The position numbers and the translations under genes were made by a program. This document shows positions 56,321 through 64,000 of a DNA stretch of 64,000 bases, in pieces. This DNA is from Escherichia phage vB_EcoM-Ro121c4YLVW, in sequence record NC_052654.1, one strand, 5' to 3'. The notes beneath the pieces were generated by a model. That model did no database searches. It had not been told where the DNA came from and worked only from the letters and a program-made list of their open reading frames with translations. Position 1 is the stretch's first letter. Each line of letters opens with the position of its first letter.

Positions 56321-56647
56321 ATGGGTATTGATATCGAATGGCGTATGTTACAGGGTGCACCATATGATAAATGGAAAGAAATATTTGGAGACGACCCACA
56401 AGTTGAAGACCAGTTCGATGGGGACTTTAATTGGTTTCTCTGCGAAGGTTTGGGCTTGGAAAACATTTCCCCGTGGTACGATGCAGATCCTGAAGATTGT
56501 GTCTTCGGTGTCAAGCTGTGTAGCGGCTGTGGTGCTTGTGCCATAGACCTCACAAGCTTAAATAAAAAAGCGAATGAGATCTATTTTGAACTGCTTAATA
56601 AGTATAATATTGAAACTGAAACATTAGTATCACAAAACGTCTGGTAA
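56321..56647 (+). CDS. hypothetical Cys-containing protein
   Basis: 108 aa ORF with CSGCGAC. Confidence 0.5.
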   Translation: MGIDIEWRMLQGAPYDKWKEIFGDDPQVEDQFDGDFNWFLCEGLGLENISPWYDADPEDCVFGVKLCSGCGACAIDLTSLNKKANEIYFELLNKYNIETETLVSQNVW

Positions 56648-56656
56648 GGAGAACTG

Positions 56657-57649
56657 ATGCGCTATCTGGTAACAGGTGGTCTTGGTTTTATTGGGAGTGC
56701 CGTGGTGCGCTCTCTTTGTCAAGATCCTAATAACGAAGTTTTTGTCGTTGATAAGATGAGCTATGCAGCAGATATTGAGAATGTAGGCGATATCACTCAC
56801 GTTAAACTAAGCATGACAGATTTGGCAAACGAAGCCCAAGTAAAAAGTTTAGTAGTAGAGTGCAATCCCGATTTCATCATTCACTTAGCGGCAGAGAGTC
56901 ATGTGGATAATTCTATCAAGAATCCACGAGTTTTCATCGACTCCAATATTATTGGTACATACAATTTATTGGAAGCTGCAAGGCTCCTCCCAAAGAATAA
57001 ACTGAAGATGTTCGTACACGTCTCCACAGACGAAGTGTACGGCGATATGGCAGACTCTGGCGTTCCCTTTACCGAAGAGACAGCTTATGCCCCTTCAAGC
57101 CCATACAGTGCGTCTAAGGCAGCATCTGACCATCTTGTGAAAGCTTGGCACCGTACCTACGATTTGCCTGTTGTGATAACCAACTGCTCCAATAACTTTG
57201 GACCTTATCAACATCCAGAAAAGCTGATCCCAAAAATCATCACAAGTATTTTGACGAATAAAGAGATTCCGGTGTATGGTAAAGGCGATCAGGTGCGAGA
57301 CTGGCTTTTTGTTGAGGATCATGCGAGAGCTATTCTTCAAGTGGCAACAGGTGGAGAACCAGGCCAAACGTATAACGTTGGAACACGTAATCCCAAAACC
57401 AATATGGAGATCATCTATATGGTTTGTGACTACATGGATGCTGTACATCCAGAAGCAGGAACCTACCCTTCTTCCAACTTGATAACTTTTGTTGAAGATC
57501 GTAAAGGACATGACTTGCGTTATGAAATCAATCCTTCTAAGATAGAGTCTGAACTGGGTTGGAGTGCAAACTCTACATTTGAACAAGATCTCTACTCAAC
57601 GATTGAATGGTACTTAAACAACCCTCAATGGTGGAGTGAGAAGATTTAA
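56657..57649 (+). CDS. rmlB: dTDP-glucose 4,6-dehydratase
   Basis: Rossmann GGLGFIGS, catalytic YSASK; close to E. coli RmlB as recalled. Confidence 0.9.
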   Translation: MRYLVTGGLGFIGSAVVRSLCQDPNNEVFVVDKMSYAADIENVGDITHVKLSMTDLANEAQVKSLVVECNPDFIIHLAAESHVDNSIKNPRVFIDSNIIGTYNLLEAARLLPKNKLKMFVHVSTDEVYGDMADSGVPFTEETAYAPSSPYSASKAASDHLVKAWHRTYDLPVVITNCSNNFGPYQHPEKLIPKIITSILTNKEIPVYGKGDQVRDWLFVEDHARAILQVATGGEPGQTYNVGTRNPKTNMEIIYMVCDYMDAVHPEAGTYPSSNLITFVEDRKGHDLRYEINPSKIESELGWSANSTFEQDLYSTIEWYLNNPQWWSEKI

Positions 57650-57657
57650 GGAGGGCT

Positions 57658-58536
57658 ATGAAAGGTATTATTTTGGCTGGAGGAAGTGGAACCCGCCTTC
57701 ATCCGGTAACACGCAGCGTGAGCAAGCAATTGCTCCCTGTGTATGACAAACCCATGATCTACTACCCTTTATCGGTATTGATGTTGGCTGACATTAAGGA
57801 TATCTTAATCATCACCACACCAGGCGATCAGGAAGACTTTGAGTATCTTCTCGGAGATGGGTCTATGTTTGGGATAAAACTCACTTACGCAATCCAATCC
57901 GAGCCACGAGGTCTTGCGGACGCTTTCATCATCGGTAAAGATTTTATCGGAGAAGACTCTGTTGCTCTTATTTTAGGTGACAACCTATTCTTCGGACAAA
58001 GCTTTGGTAAACTACTGATTAACGCCAGTGAGATGGTAGATGTTTGGGGCGGAGCTTGTATCTTCGGGTATTTGGTGAAAGATCCTGAACGATTCGGTGT
58101 GGTTGAATTTGGGAGTAATCGTCAAGCTATTTCTATTGAAGAGAAACCTGAAAATCCTAAATCAGATTACGCTGTCACAGGTTTGTATTTCTATGATAAC
58201 TCTGTTGTTCAACGTGCATTAGAAGTAACCCCTTCCGCGCGTGGAGAACTGGAGATCACAGATATCAATCGCAGCTACCTCGAAGACAGGAAGTTACAAG
58301 TGGAAGTTCTCGGACGAGGATTTACTTGGCTTGACACAGGAACACACGCCAGTCTGATGGAAGCTGGTCAATTCGTGCAGACTATTGAGAACCGGCAAGG
58401 ATTGAAGATTGCGTGCCTGGAAGAAATTGCTTTCAAAAAAGGGTGGATTTCTTTAGAGACTTTGGTGTATCATGGAAACTCACTGAAGAAAACAGAATAC
58501 GGGCAATACCTACTCAAATTAGCGGAGAGAAAATGA
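57658..58536 (+). CDS. rmlA: glucose-1-phosphate thymidylyltransferase
   Basis: N-terminal [16 protein letters not shown] signature. Confidence 0.9.
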   Translation: MKGIILAGGSGTRLHPVTRSVSKQLLPVYDKPMIYYPLSVLMLADIKDILIITTPGDQEDFEYLLGDGSMFGIKLTYAIQSEPRGLADAFIIGKDFIGEDSVALILGDNLFFGQSFGKLLINASEMVDVWGGACIFGYLVKDPERFGVVEFGSNRQAISIEEKPENPKSDYAVTGLYFYDNSVVQRALEVTPSARGELEITDINRSYLEDRKLQVEVLGRGFTWLDTGTHASLMEAGQFVQTIENRQGLKIACLEEIAFKKGWISLETLVYHGNSLKKTEYGQYLLKLAERK

Positions 58537-59099
58537 AAGTAGAAAAAACAAAAATTGAAGGTGCGGTAATTATCAAACCAGACGTTTATAAAGATGATCG
58601 TGGTTTCTTTTTAGAAACATATAATGAACAAAAATACGAAGATATTATTGGTAGACAAACTTTCGTTCAAGATAACATGTCTAAATCAAACTTCGGTGTT
58701 TTGCGAGGAATGCACTTTCAAACAAATAATCCGCAAGGTAAGCTTGTTCGTTGTGTAAGTGGGGAAGTATTGGATTTCGCTGTAGACCTACGTAAAGATA
58801 GTCCTACTTACGGTGCTTGGGACGGTGTTGTTCTTCGTGCACGACACCATACACAGTTCTGGCTTCCACCTGGTTTGGCACATGGTTTTATAGTGTTGAG
58901 TATGGATGCTATCTTCGAATACAAATGCACAACTCCATACGACCCTTCCAGCGAACAAAGTTTACGTTGGGATGATCCTGATATAGGGATTGATTGGGGC
59001 TTCGATATGATTTTTGACGAAGATTTTAAACCTATCTTATCAACAAAAGATGCAATGGCTAAGTCTTTTCAACAGCTACGTAGCGAGGGTGTATGCTAA
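58533..59099 (+). CDS. rmlC: dTDP-4-dehydrorhamnose 3,5-epimerase
   Basis: [11 protein letters not shown] and LRGMHFQ motifs; ATG at 58533 overlaps rmlA stop. Confidence 0.85.
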   Translation: MKVEKTKIEGAVIIKPDVYKDDRGFFLETYNEQKYEDIIGRQTFVQDNMSKSNFGVLRGMHFQTNNPQGKLVRCVSGEVLDFAVDLRKDSPTYGAWDGVVLRARHHTQFWLPPGLAHGFIVLSMDAIFEYKCTTPYDPSSEQSLRWDDPDIGIDWGFDMIFDEDFKPILSTKDAMAKSFQQLRSEGVC

Positions 59100-59935
59100 C
59101 ATATCTGGTATTGGGCGGTAATGGACAACTGGGACAAGCTTTACGTAAAGTGGCTCCTTCAAATGTATCTTTAATTTATCCTAAAGAACGTGTAGATATT
59201 ACAAATTTTGAAGCTGTGCGAAACGCTATTGTTGAAGATTATGTAGATGGTGTTATTAATTGCGCTGCTTATACGGCTGTAGATAAAGCAGAACATGATT
59301 TTGCTACTGCTTTGGCTGTTAATTCCTACGGCCCTGCAAACATTGCAGCAGTGTGCAGTAAACTTAAAATTGATTTTGTGCATATTTCTACAGACTATAT
59401 TTTTAATTACTCTCATCCTATTTTTGAAGATACTACACCTAACCCAATAAACAATTATGGGTATACGAAAGAACTTGGTGAAAAAATGGTGCGAGGAGTT
59501 AACCCAAATGCATATATTATTCGAACAGCCTCGGTATATAGCGAATTTGGAAATAACTTTCTAAAAACCATGTTGTCTCGCTATAATGATGGACAACGTG
59601 ATTTTATTATTGTTGCTGATCAGTTCTCTTGTCCAACATATGCTCCAGATTTAGCAGAAGCTATTTTTGAAGTATTAAAAACAGGTTGGTCAAGGTCTGT
59701 TAAGACTTACCATTTTGCAGGAAGCCATCTTATTTCTTGGGCGGAGTTTGCGGAAAAGATCTTGACACAGATGCCAGAACCTGTTAAGATATCGGCGGTA
59801 TCAGCTTCAACCTATAATGCTCCAGCAGCACGTCCGGTGAAGTCACAATTAGTAACCAGTCACTATCTTACAAAATCAGATTTAAATAAAGGTATTGAAC
59901 GGTCTTTAGCAGTATTACTTAATAAGGAGAGGTAA
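59093..59935 (+). CDS. rmlD: dTDP-4-dehydrorhamnose reductase
   Basis: LVLGGNGQLGQAL and HISTDYIF motifs. Confidence 0.85.
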   Translation: MLTYLVLGGNGQLGQALRKVAPSNVSLIYPKERVDITNFEAVRNAIVEDYVDGVINCAAYTAVDKAEHDFATALAVNSYGPANIAAVCSKLKIDFVHISTDYIFNYSHPIFEDTTPNPINNYGYTKELGEKMVRGVNPNAYIIRTASVYSEFGNNFLKTMLSRYNDGQRDFIIVADQFSCPTYAPDLAEAIFEVLKTGWSRSVKTYHFAGSHLISWAEFAEKILTQMPEPVKISAVSASTYNAPAARPVKSQLVTSHYLTKSDLNKGIERSLAVLLNKER

Positions 59936-60195
59936 TGGAATTTGTAATTTTTGGTAAACCTAACTGTCAATTTTGCGAAATGTCAAAACAACTATTAACC
60001 ATGCGCAATAAACAGTTTGAATATTTAAGTCTTGACCAAGACTACGATTTAGAATCAATGACTAAAACAGTTGTTGATCTTACCGGAGTTCCTCCACGCA
60101 CATTTCCACAAATTCTGTCTGAAGTGAACGGGGAGGTAACATACGTAGGCGGTTTTACCGAACTGCGTGATCTCATGGCTCAAATTGCGGAGTAA
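59935..60195 (+). CDS. glutaredoxin/NrdH-like redoxin
   Basis: 86 aa with CQFC active site. Confidence 0.7.
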   Translation: MEFVIFGKPNCQFCEMSKQLLTMRNKQFEYLSLDQDYDLESMTKTVVDLTGVPPRTFPQILSEVNGEVTYVGGFTELRDLMAQIAE

Positions 60196-60357
60196 CACTT
60201 ATGAAAAGTAAACAGAAACGTAAGATCTTTTCTCGTGCTTTGGCAAATGAGCTGAAGTCCAACATAAAGAAAACGAAACCAAAACGTGAAACTTCTCCAG
60301 AACATCTGTTGTTTAATGAGTTGGATCACGGAGTAGGAGACGACGAATAGGAAGTAA

Positions 60358-60858
60358 ATGGCTAAAGTAGTAGATGAGTTTGATATGCTACGAGTCGATG
60401 AAGGACTGAAGCTTACTGTTTATCAAGACCATCTTGGTTATTGGACAGTCGGCATAGGACACCTTCTGACTAAAATAAAAGATAAAGCAAAGGCTATTCA
60501 AATCTTAGATAATCTCCTTGGTCGTAAGACCAATGGAGTTATCACAGAAAAAGAAGCCCGTCAAATCTTTGCTGACGATGTTGCAAAAGTGAAGAGAGAC
60601 ATAAAAAACAGTGCTATCTTATCACCAATCTATGATAAGGTGAGTGATACTCGTAAATTGGGAATAATCAACATGGTTTTCCAGTTGGGGTTAAAAGGTG
60701 CTGAAGGGTTTAAAAATAGCTTGACTTTAATCAGCAATGCATATTATACTCAAGCAGGTAAAAACATGCGTAAAAGCCGATGGTATAGCCAGACGCCAAA
60801 CCGTGCTGAACGAGTAATTAAAGTTCTGACTTCTGGAACTTTAGATGCTTACAACTAA
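60358..60858 (+). CDS. T4-type lysozyme (endolysin)
   Basis: MLRVDEGLKLTVYQDHLGYWTVGIGHLL, near-identical in pattern to T4 e N-terminus. Confidence 0.9.
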   Translation: MAKVVDEFDMLRVDEGLKLTVYQDHLGYWTVGIGHLLTKIKDKAKAIQILDNLLGRKTNGVITEKEARQIFADDVAKVKRDIKNSAILSPIYDKVSDTRKLGIINMVFQLGLKGAEGFKNSLTLISNAYYTQAGKNMRKSRWYSQTPNRAERVIKVLTSGTLDAYN

Positions 60859-60862
60859 TAAA

Positions 60863-60880
60863 GGGGCTTCGGCCCCTTCT
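60863..60880 (+). other. GC stem-loop after lysozyme gene
   Basis: GGGGC-TTCG-GCCCC followed by TTCT, no clean U tract. Confidence 0.35.
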
Positions 60881-60895
60881 AAAAGGAGTGCTACT

Positions 60896-61654
60896 ATGGG
60901 AAATAAAACCGCAGCTAAAACACAACGGCAGAAACTGGCTAATTCAGCAAAGATTGAAAGCCGTTATGCAGCAAAAGCGGTAGGTAATGACGATTACCGT
61001 TTAGATGAATTTATGCCTGAAGGGGACCAAAATAAGATTGTTCAAAGCATGATTTGGAATGATCTGACTGTTGTAAATGCTCCGGCAGGGACTGGTAAAA
61101 CCTCTGTTGCTTTATGGAAAGCTTTGCAGATGCTTCGTTCAGGAGACTTCCGTAAACTACTTTTTATCAAGAACCCTACTGAAGTCGGAGATGACCAGAT
61201 TGGTTTCTTGTCTGGGGATAAAACAGATAAACTAGCAGCACACTATGAATCTACAAAACGTATTTTCCAGCAATTCATGACAGCCAACAAATTGGAAAAC
61301 GATATTGGATCAGGTAAGATCGAATTGAATATTCCTAACTATTTGTTGGGGGCTACCCTGGATAATACAATCGTCATTATTGACGAAGCACAACTCATGT
61401 CAACAGAAACACTTAAACTTCTTATTGAACGTGCAGGTATTAATACGCATGTTATTGTATTAGGCGATGTTCGCCAGACATATGCAATTAAAAAACGTAG
61501 CAATGGTCTGCATCAAATTTTGGAACTTTTATATCCAGAAAATGAAGAAGGTGTTCGTGAGCCAATTGTAGATTTTATTGGATACGTTGAACTGACAACG
61601 GACGATAATAAACGTGGACGTTTGTCTAAACTGATTACTGAAGTGTTTATTTAA
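60896..61654 (+). CDS. phoH: PhoH-like ATPase
   Basis: Walker A APAGTGKTS, Walker B VIIDEAQ; ATG at 60896 with SD AAGGAG. Confidence 0.8.
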   Translation: MGNKTAAKTQRQKLANSAKIESRYAAKAVGNDDYRLDEFMPEGDQNKIVQSMIWNDLTVVNAPAGTGKTSVALWKALQMLRSGDFRKLLFIKNPTEVGDDQIGFLSGDKTDKLAAHYESTKRIFQQFMTANKLENDIGSGKIELNIPNYLLGATLDNTIVIIDEAQLMSTETLKLLIERAGINTHVIVLGDVRQTYAIKKRSNGLHQILELLYPENEEGVREPIVDFIGYVELTTDDNKRGRLSKLITEVFI

Positions 61655-61686
61655 TAATGTGGCAGGGAAGCCATTTATAAGGAGGA

Positions 61687-62190
61687 TTGATGGGTGTAGC
61701 AACAATAGCTATCGGAAGAAGCGGTATAGATGAGTGCTATCAAACGGGACTCGTAAAACCTAACGAATTTCGTCAAATTTGTGTAAACCATATTGAAAAA
61801 GAGATTGCTCTTACTTTAGAGAATATGACCCTCCGAGATAAACTGGAAATGTTTAAATGTTGGTGTCTAGGAGAAGATTGGCTTTTAAACCATTTTCAAG
61901 AACTTTCTGATAGTAAAGAAAGCTTGTTTGATTGTATAATAGGAATAGCTGGCTCCGATCCTAGCCTTCTGCACATAACAGAAGAAGAGGCGAAGTTACT
62001 GTTCTTAAGTAATTTGTTTAATAAGAAAGCACTGCTTGTTCGTGATTGTAGTGATCTTCTTAATAACCCGCTCGCAACGTCTGATCAAATTTTTGTTGAC
62101 AAAGAGACACTACGTGCGATAGAATACATCTGCAAATATGTGAATGGCGGGAAAGCGGTTCTTAAAACATTAACAGAGGAGGAAGAATAG
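61687..62190 (+). CDS. hypothetical protein
   Basis: 167 aa ORF upstream of HslV-like gene. Confidence 0.5.
   Translation: MMGVATIAIGRSGIDECYQTGLVKPNEFRQICVNHIEKEIALTLENMTLRDKLEMFKCWCLGEDWLLNHFQELSDSKESLFDCIIGIAGSDPSLLHITEEEAKLLFLSNLFNKKALLVRDCSDLLNNPLATSDQIFVDKETLRAIEYICKYVNGGKAVLKTLTEEEE
62096..62125 (+). promoter_or_regulatory. possible internal sigma70-like promoter upstream of HslV-like gene
   Basis: TTGACA, 18 nt, TAGAAT inside 3' end of gene 61687..62190. Confidence 0.3.
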
Positions 62191-62882
62191 TGACGACAAT
62201 TATTGCAACCAAAAATAAGATTTTGAGTGACGGTAAGGTAACTTTTGGTGGACGTGTAGATTCTATTAATTTCAAAAAGGTCCGAAAAATTGGAGATTAC
62301 CTTGTAGGTGGTGCTGGTCGTCTGACCTCCGTGCTTTCTTTCTTTCAATGGTTTGAACAAAATCTACAGTGCGAAGCAGCACGTGATGCTGTCCCTGGTT
62401 TGATGATTCACTCTGATCCAGATAAAGAAGATGAAGAGTTTATTGCACTTGTTGTTCATCCAGACGGACGTATTTTCCTGCACGAAGGTAATAACCCAAC
62501 ACGTGCATATCCGATTGATGAAGAATATTATGCGGTAGGAAGCGGGTCAGACTTTGCTTTAGCTGCTCTTGATGCAGGGGCAACACCAGAACAGGCTATG
62601 GAAGTAGCTAAAAAGCGAGATGCTTTTTCTGGTGGTGAAACATTTATTGAAGAACAAGACGAGATTATTGAATTAACAGATGATGATTTAGAAAACTTCT
62701 CCAAAGAAGAATTGATCAATCTTTTGAAATTCGGTAATCCCTACGGTGAAGAAGAACCTCGTAACGTGGCAGGTAACGAGGCGGATACTGAAGAAAAATC
62801 TGTTGCAGAAAACAACTTGACTTCTAAATCTGAAAATATTAATCTCGTAAATGTGGCGGATTTCGAAGGAACCGCTATTTAA
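62190..62882 (+). CDS. HslV/ClpQ-like Ntn-hydrolase protease with acidic C-terminal extension
   Basis: N-terminus MTTIIA (Thr after initiator), KKVRK, GGAG and GSG segments align by eye with E. coli HslV; 230 aa. Confidence 0.65.
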   Translation: MTTIIATKNKILSDGKVTFGGRVDSINFKKVRKIGDYLVGGAGRLTSVLSFFQWFEQNLQCEAARDAVPGLMIHSDPDKEDEEFIALVVHPDGRIFLHEGNNPTRAYPIDEEYYAVGSGSDFALAALDAGATPEQAMEVAKKRDAFSGGETFIEEQDEIIELTDDDLENFSKEELINLLKFGNPYGEEEPRNVAGNEADTEEKSVAENNLTSKSENINLVNVADFEGTAI

Positions 62883-62888
62883 CAAACT

Positions 62889-62902
62889 GCCCCTTCGGGG
62901 GC
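62889..62902 (+). other. GC stem-loop after HslV-like gene
   Basis: GCCCC-TTCG-GGGGC. Confidence 0.3.
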
Positions 62903-62927
62903 ATTTCTTAAACATAGGAGATTAATA

Positions 62928-63362
62928 ATGTTACAAGTTCCTGCTAAGTTTGTTGAAGGCGCTATCCACTCTTACCGTCAAACATGTAAGAGGGCAAGAA
63001 ACTGTTTAGATGGTCTGGTGGCAAAAACCTATACTGTTGAAAAGAAGAAACGTTGGTTTGGCAAAGATGTTTACGAAGTTAATATTTTTGGTGAACATAA
63101 ACTAAACCACGATACTCCTGAAAACATGTTAGAAATATTTCTAAGAGATGACAAAATATCTCCTATGGATTACCAACTTTTAAAATTTTATGATTCTTCT
63201 TTGGCTATTGATAAGTTTGTTGAAGATATTCTGTCTAGAAAAACAGATAAAAACACTTATCCTCTAGAGGCTGATCAAATAGGATTATTAAACGAGATTT
63301 CATCCTTTAAAGAGTTGGATAATATTACAAAAGAGGAGATTTTAGATGGCATTAGATTATGA
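62928..63362 (+). CDS. hypothetical protein
   Basis: 144 aa ORF. Confidence 0.5.
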   Translation: MLQVPAKFVEGAIHSYRQTCKRARNCLDGLVAKTYTVEKKKRWFGKDVYEVNIFGEHKLNHDTPENMLEIFLRDDKISPMDYQLLKFYDSSLAIDKFVEDILSRKTDKNTYPLEADQIGLLNEISSFKELDNITKEEILDGIRL

Positions 63363-63855
63363 TCGCCCAACGAGCGATTATTATCCGACACCGCAAAAAG
63401 CAATCAATAGTTTGTTTAGTGTTATAGATTTCAAAAATCTAAAGGAAGAAGGTTGGGTTTTTGCAGAACCTTGCAGAGGTGAAGCTGAAGCGATTTATCG
63501 CCATTTTCCTGAAGGTTCAGAATATTGCGAACTTGAAGAAGGTAAAGATTATTTTAGTCATGAATGGGAAAATCGTCCCGACATTATAATCACAAATCCT
63601 CCATTTAAGTTAGCAATGGAGTTCTTGGAAAAGAGCTTAAAAGAGGCGGATGTTTGTATTTATCTTCTTCGGTTGGGCTTCTTGGAGTCAAAGAAACGAC
63701 GAGAGTTCCATCAAAAGAATCCACCAACAAACCTTATAGTCCTTTCAGAACGGCCTTCGTTTGTTGCAGGTGGAACAGATAAGACAGCATACGCTTGGTA
63801 TGTATACGACCCAAAGAATCGTTTGGGCCTCTCTCAACCATTTTATTTTGTTTAA
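63346..63855 (+). CDS. small DNA N6-adenine methyltransferase (phage Dam-like)
   Basis: 169 aa with catalytic IITNPPF motif. Confidence 0.65.
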   Translation: MALDYDRPTSDYYPTPQKAINSLFSVIDFKNLKEEGWVFAEPCRGEAEAIYRHFPEGSEYCELEEGKDYFSHEWENRPDIIITNPPFKLAMEFLEKSLKEADVCIYLLRLGFLESKKRREFHQKNPPTNLIVLSERPSFVAGGTDKTAYAWYVYDPKNRLGLSQPFYFV

Positions 63856-63866
63856 GGAGTGTGAAC

Positions 63867-64000
63867 TATGGGTAAACTAATTATGACAGTGGCTATTGAT
63901 TTTGATGAAGTAGATGAAAGCCTCAACCTTTCACTTTCTACTGACGTAGATGGCGAAATGGATAATATTGAAGCAGCTACTGCTCTTTTCTTCAAAAAAG
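63867..64000 (+). CDS. hypothetical protein, partial (continues beyond window)
   Basis: ATG at 63867 after SD AAGGAG; open to window end. Confidence 0.4.

Noticed and set aside
58413-58532. Upstream extension of the rmlC ORF overlapping the end of rmlA
   Set aside because: The Rml-homologous sequence begins at the ATG at 58533, which overlaps the rmlA stop; the 40 upstream codons are out-of-frame overlap with rmlA
1-64000. Looked for CRISPR arrays, integrase/attachment sites and transposase-like mobile elements
   Set aside because: No regularly spaced direct repeats, tyrosine/serine recombinase motifs or transposase-like ORFs found by eye; the window looks like a lytic phage core without integration module

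Overview
This 64 kb window is a contiguous segment of a tailed dsDNA phage genome of myovirus type (sheath, tube, baseplate), probably from an enterobacterial host judging by how closely the Rml, NrdAB and lysozyme proteins resemble enterobacterial and T4 versions. Positions 1-33550 carry a minus-strand virion module: tail fibers, baseplate, tape measure, a chaperone with a -1 frameshift, tube, sheath, neck, lambda-E-like capsid, decoration, scaffold, portal, an intein-containing large terminase and an overlapping spanin pair. Positions 33750-35780 hold a minus-strand cluster of 12 tRNA genes plus 2 degenerate tRNA-like elements, with sigma70-like promoters and spacers that may encode small RNAs. 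Positions 36775-36975 are an AT-rich, GATC- and GTAC-rich palindromic region at the point of divergent transcription, a candidate origin or control region. From 37228 onward is a plus-strand early module: many small unknown ORFs, then a metallophosphoesterase, RNA-ligase-like and P-loop kinase triplet (putative RNA repair cassette), a DNA ligase, RdgC-like protein, DEDDh exonuclease, Endo VII-like resolvase, HAD nucleotidase, ThyX-like protein, NrdA and NrdB, a complete dTDP-L-rhamnose pathway (RmlB, A, C, D), glutaredoxin, T4-type lysozyme, PhoH-like ATPase, an HslV-like protease and a small adenine methyltransferase. All calls rest on reading the supplied ORF translations and sequence for motifs and on remembered family signatures; no database search was run, so novelty cannot be verified.
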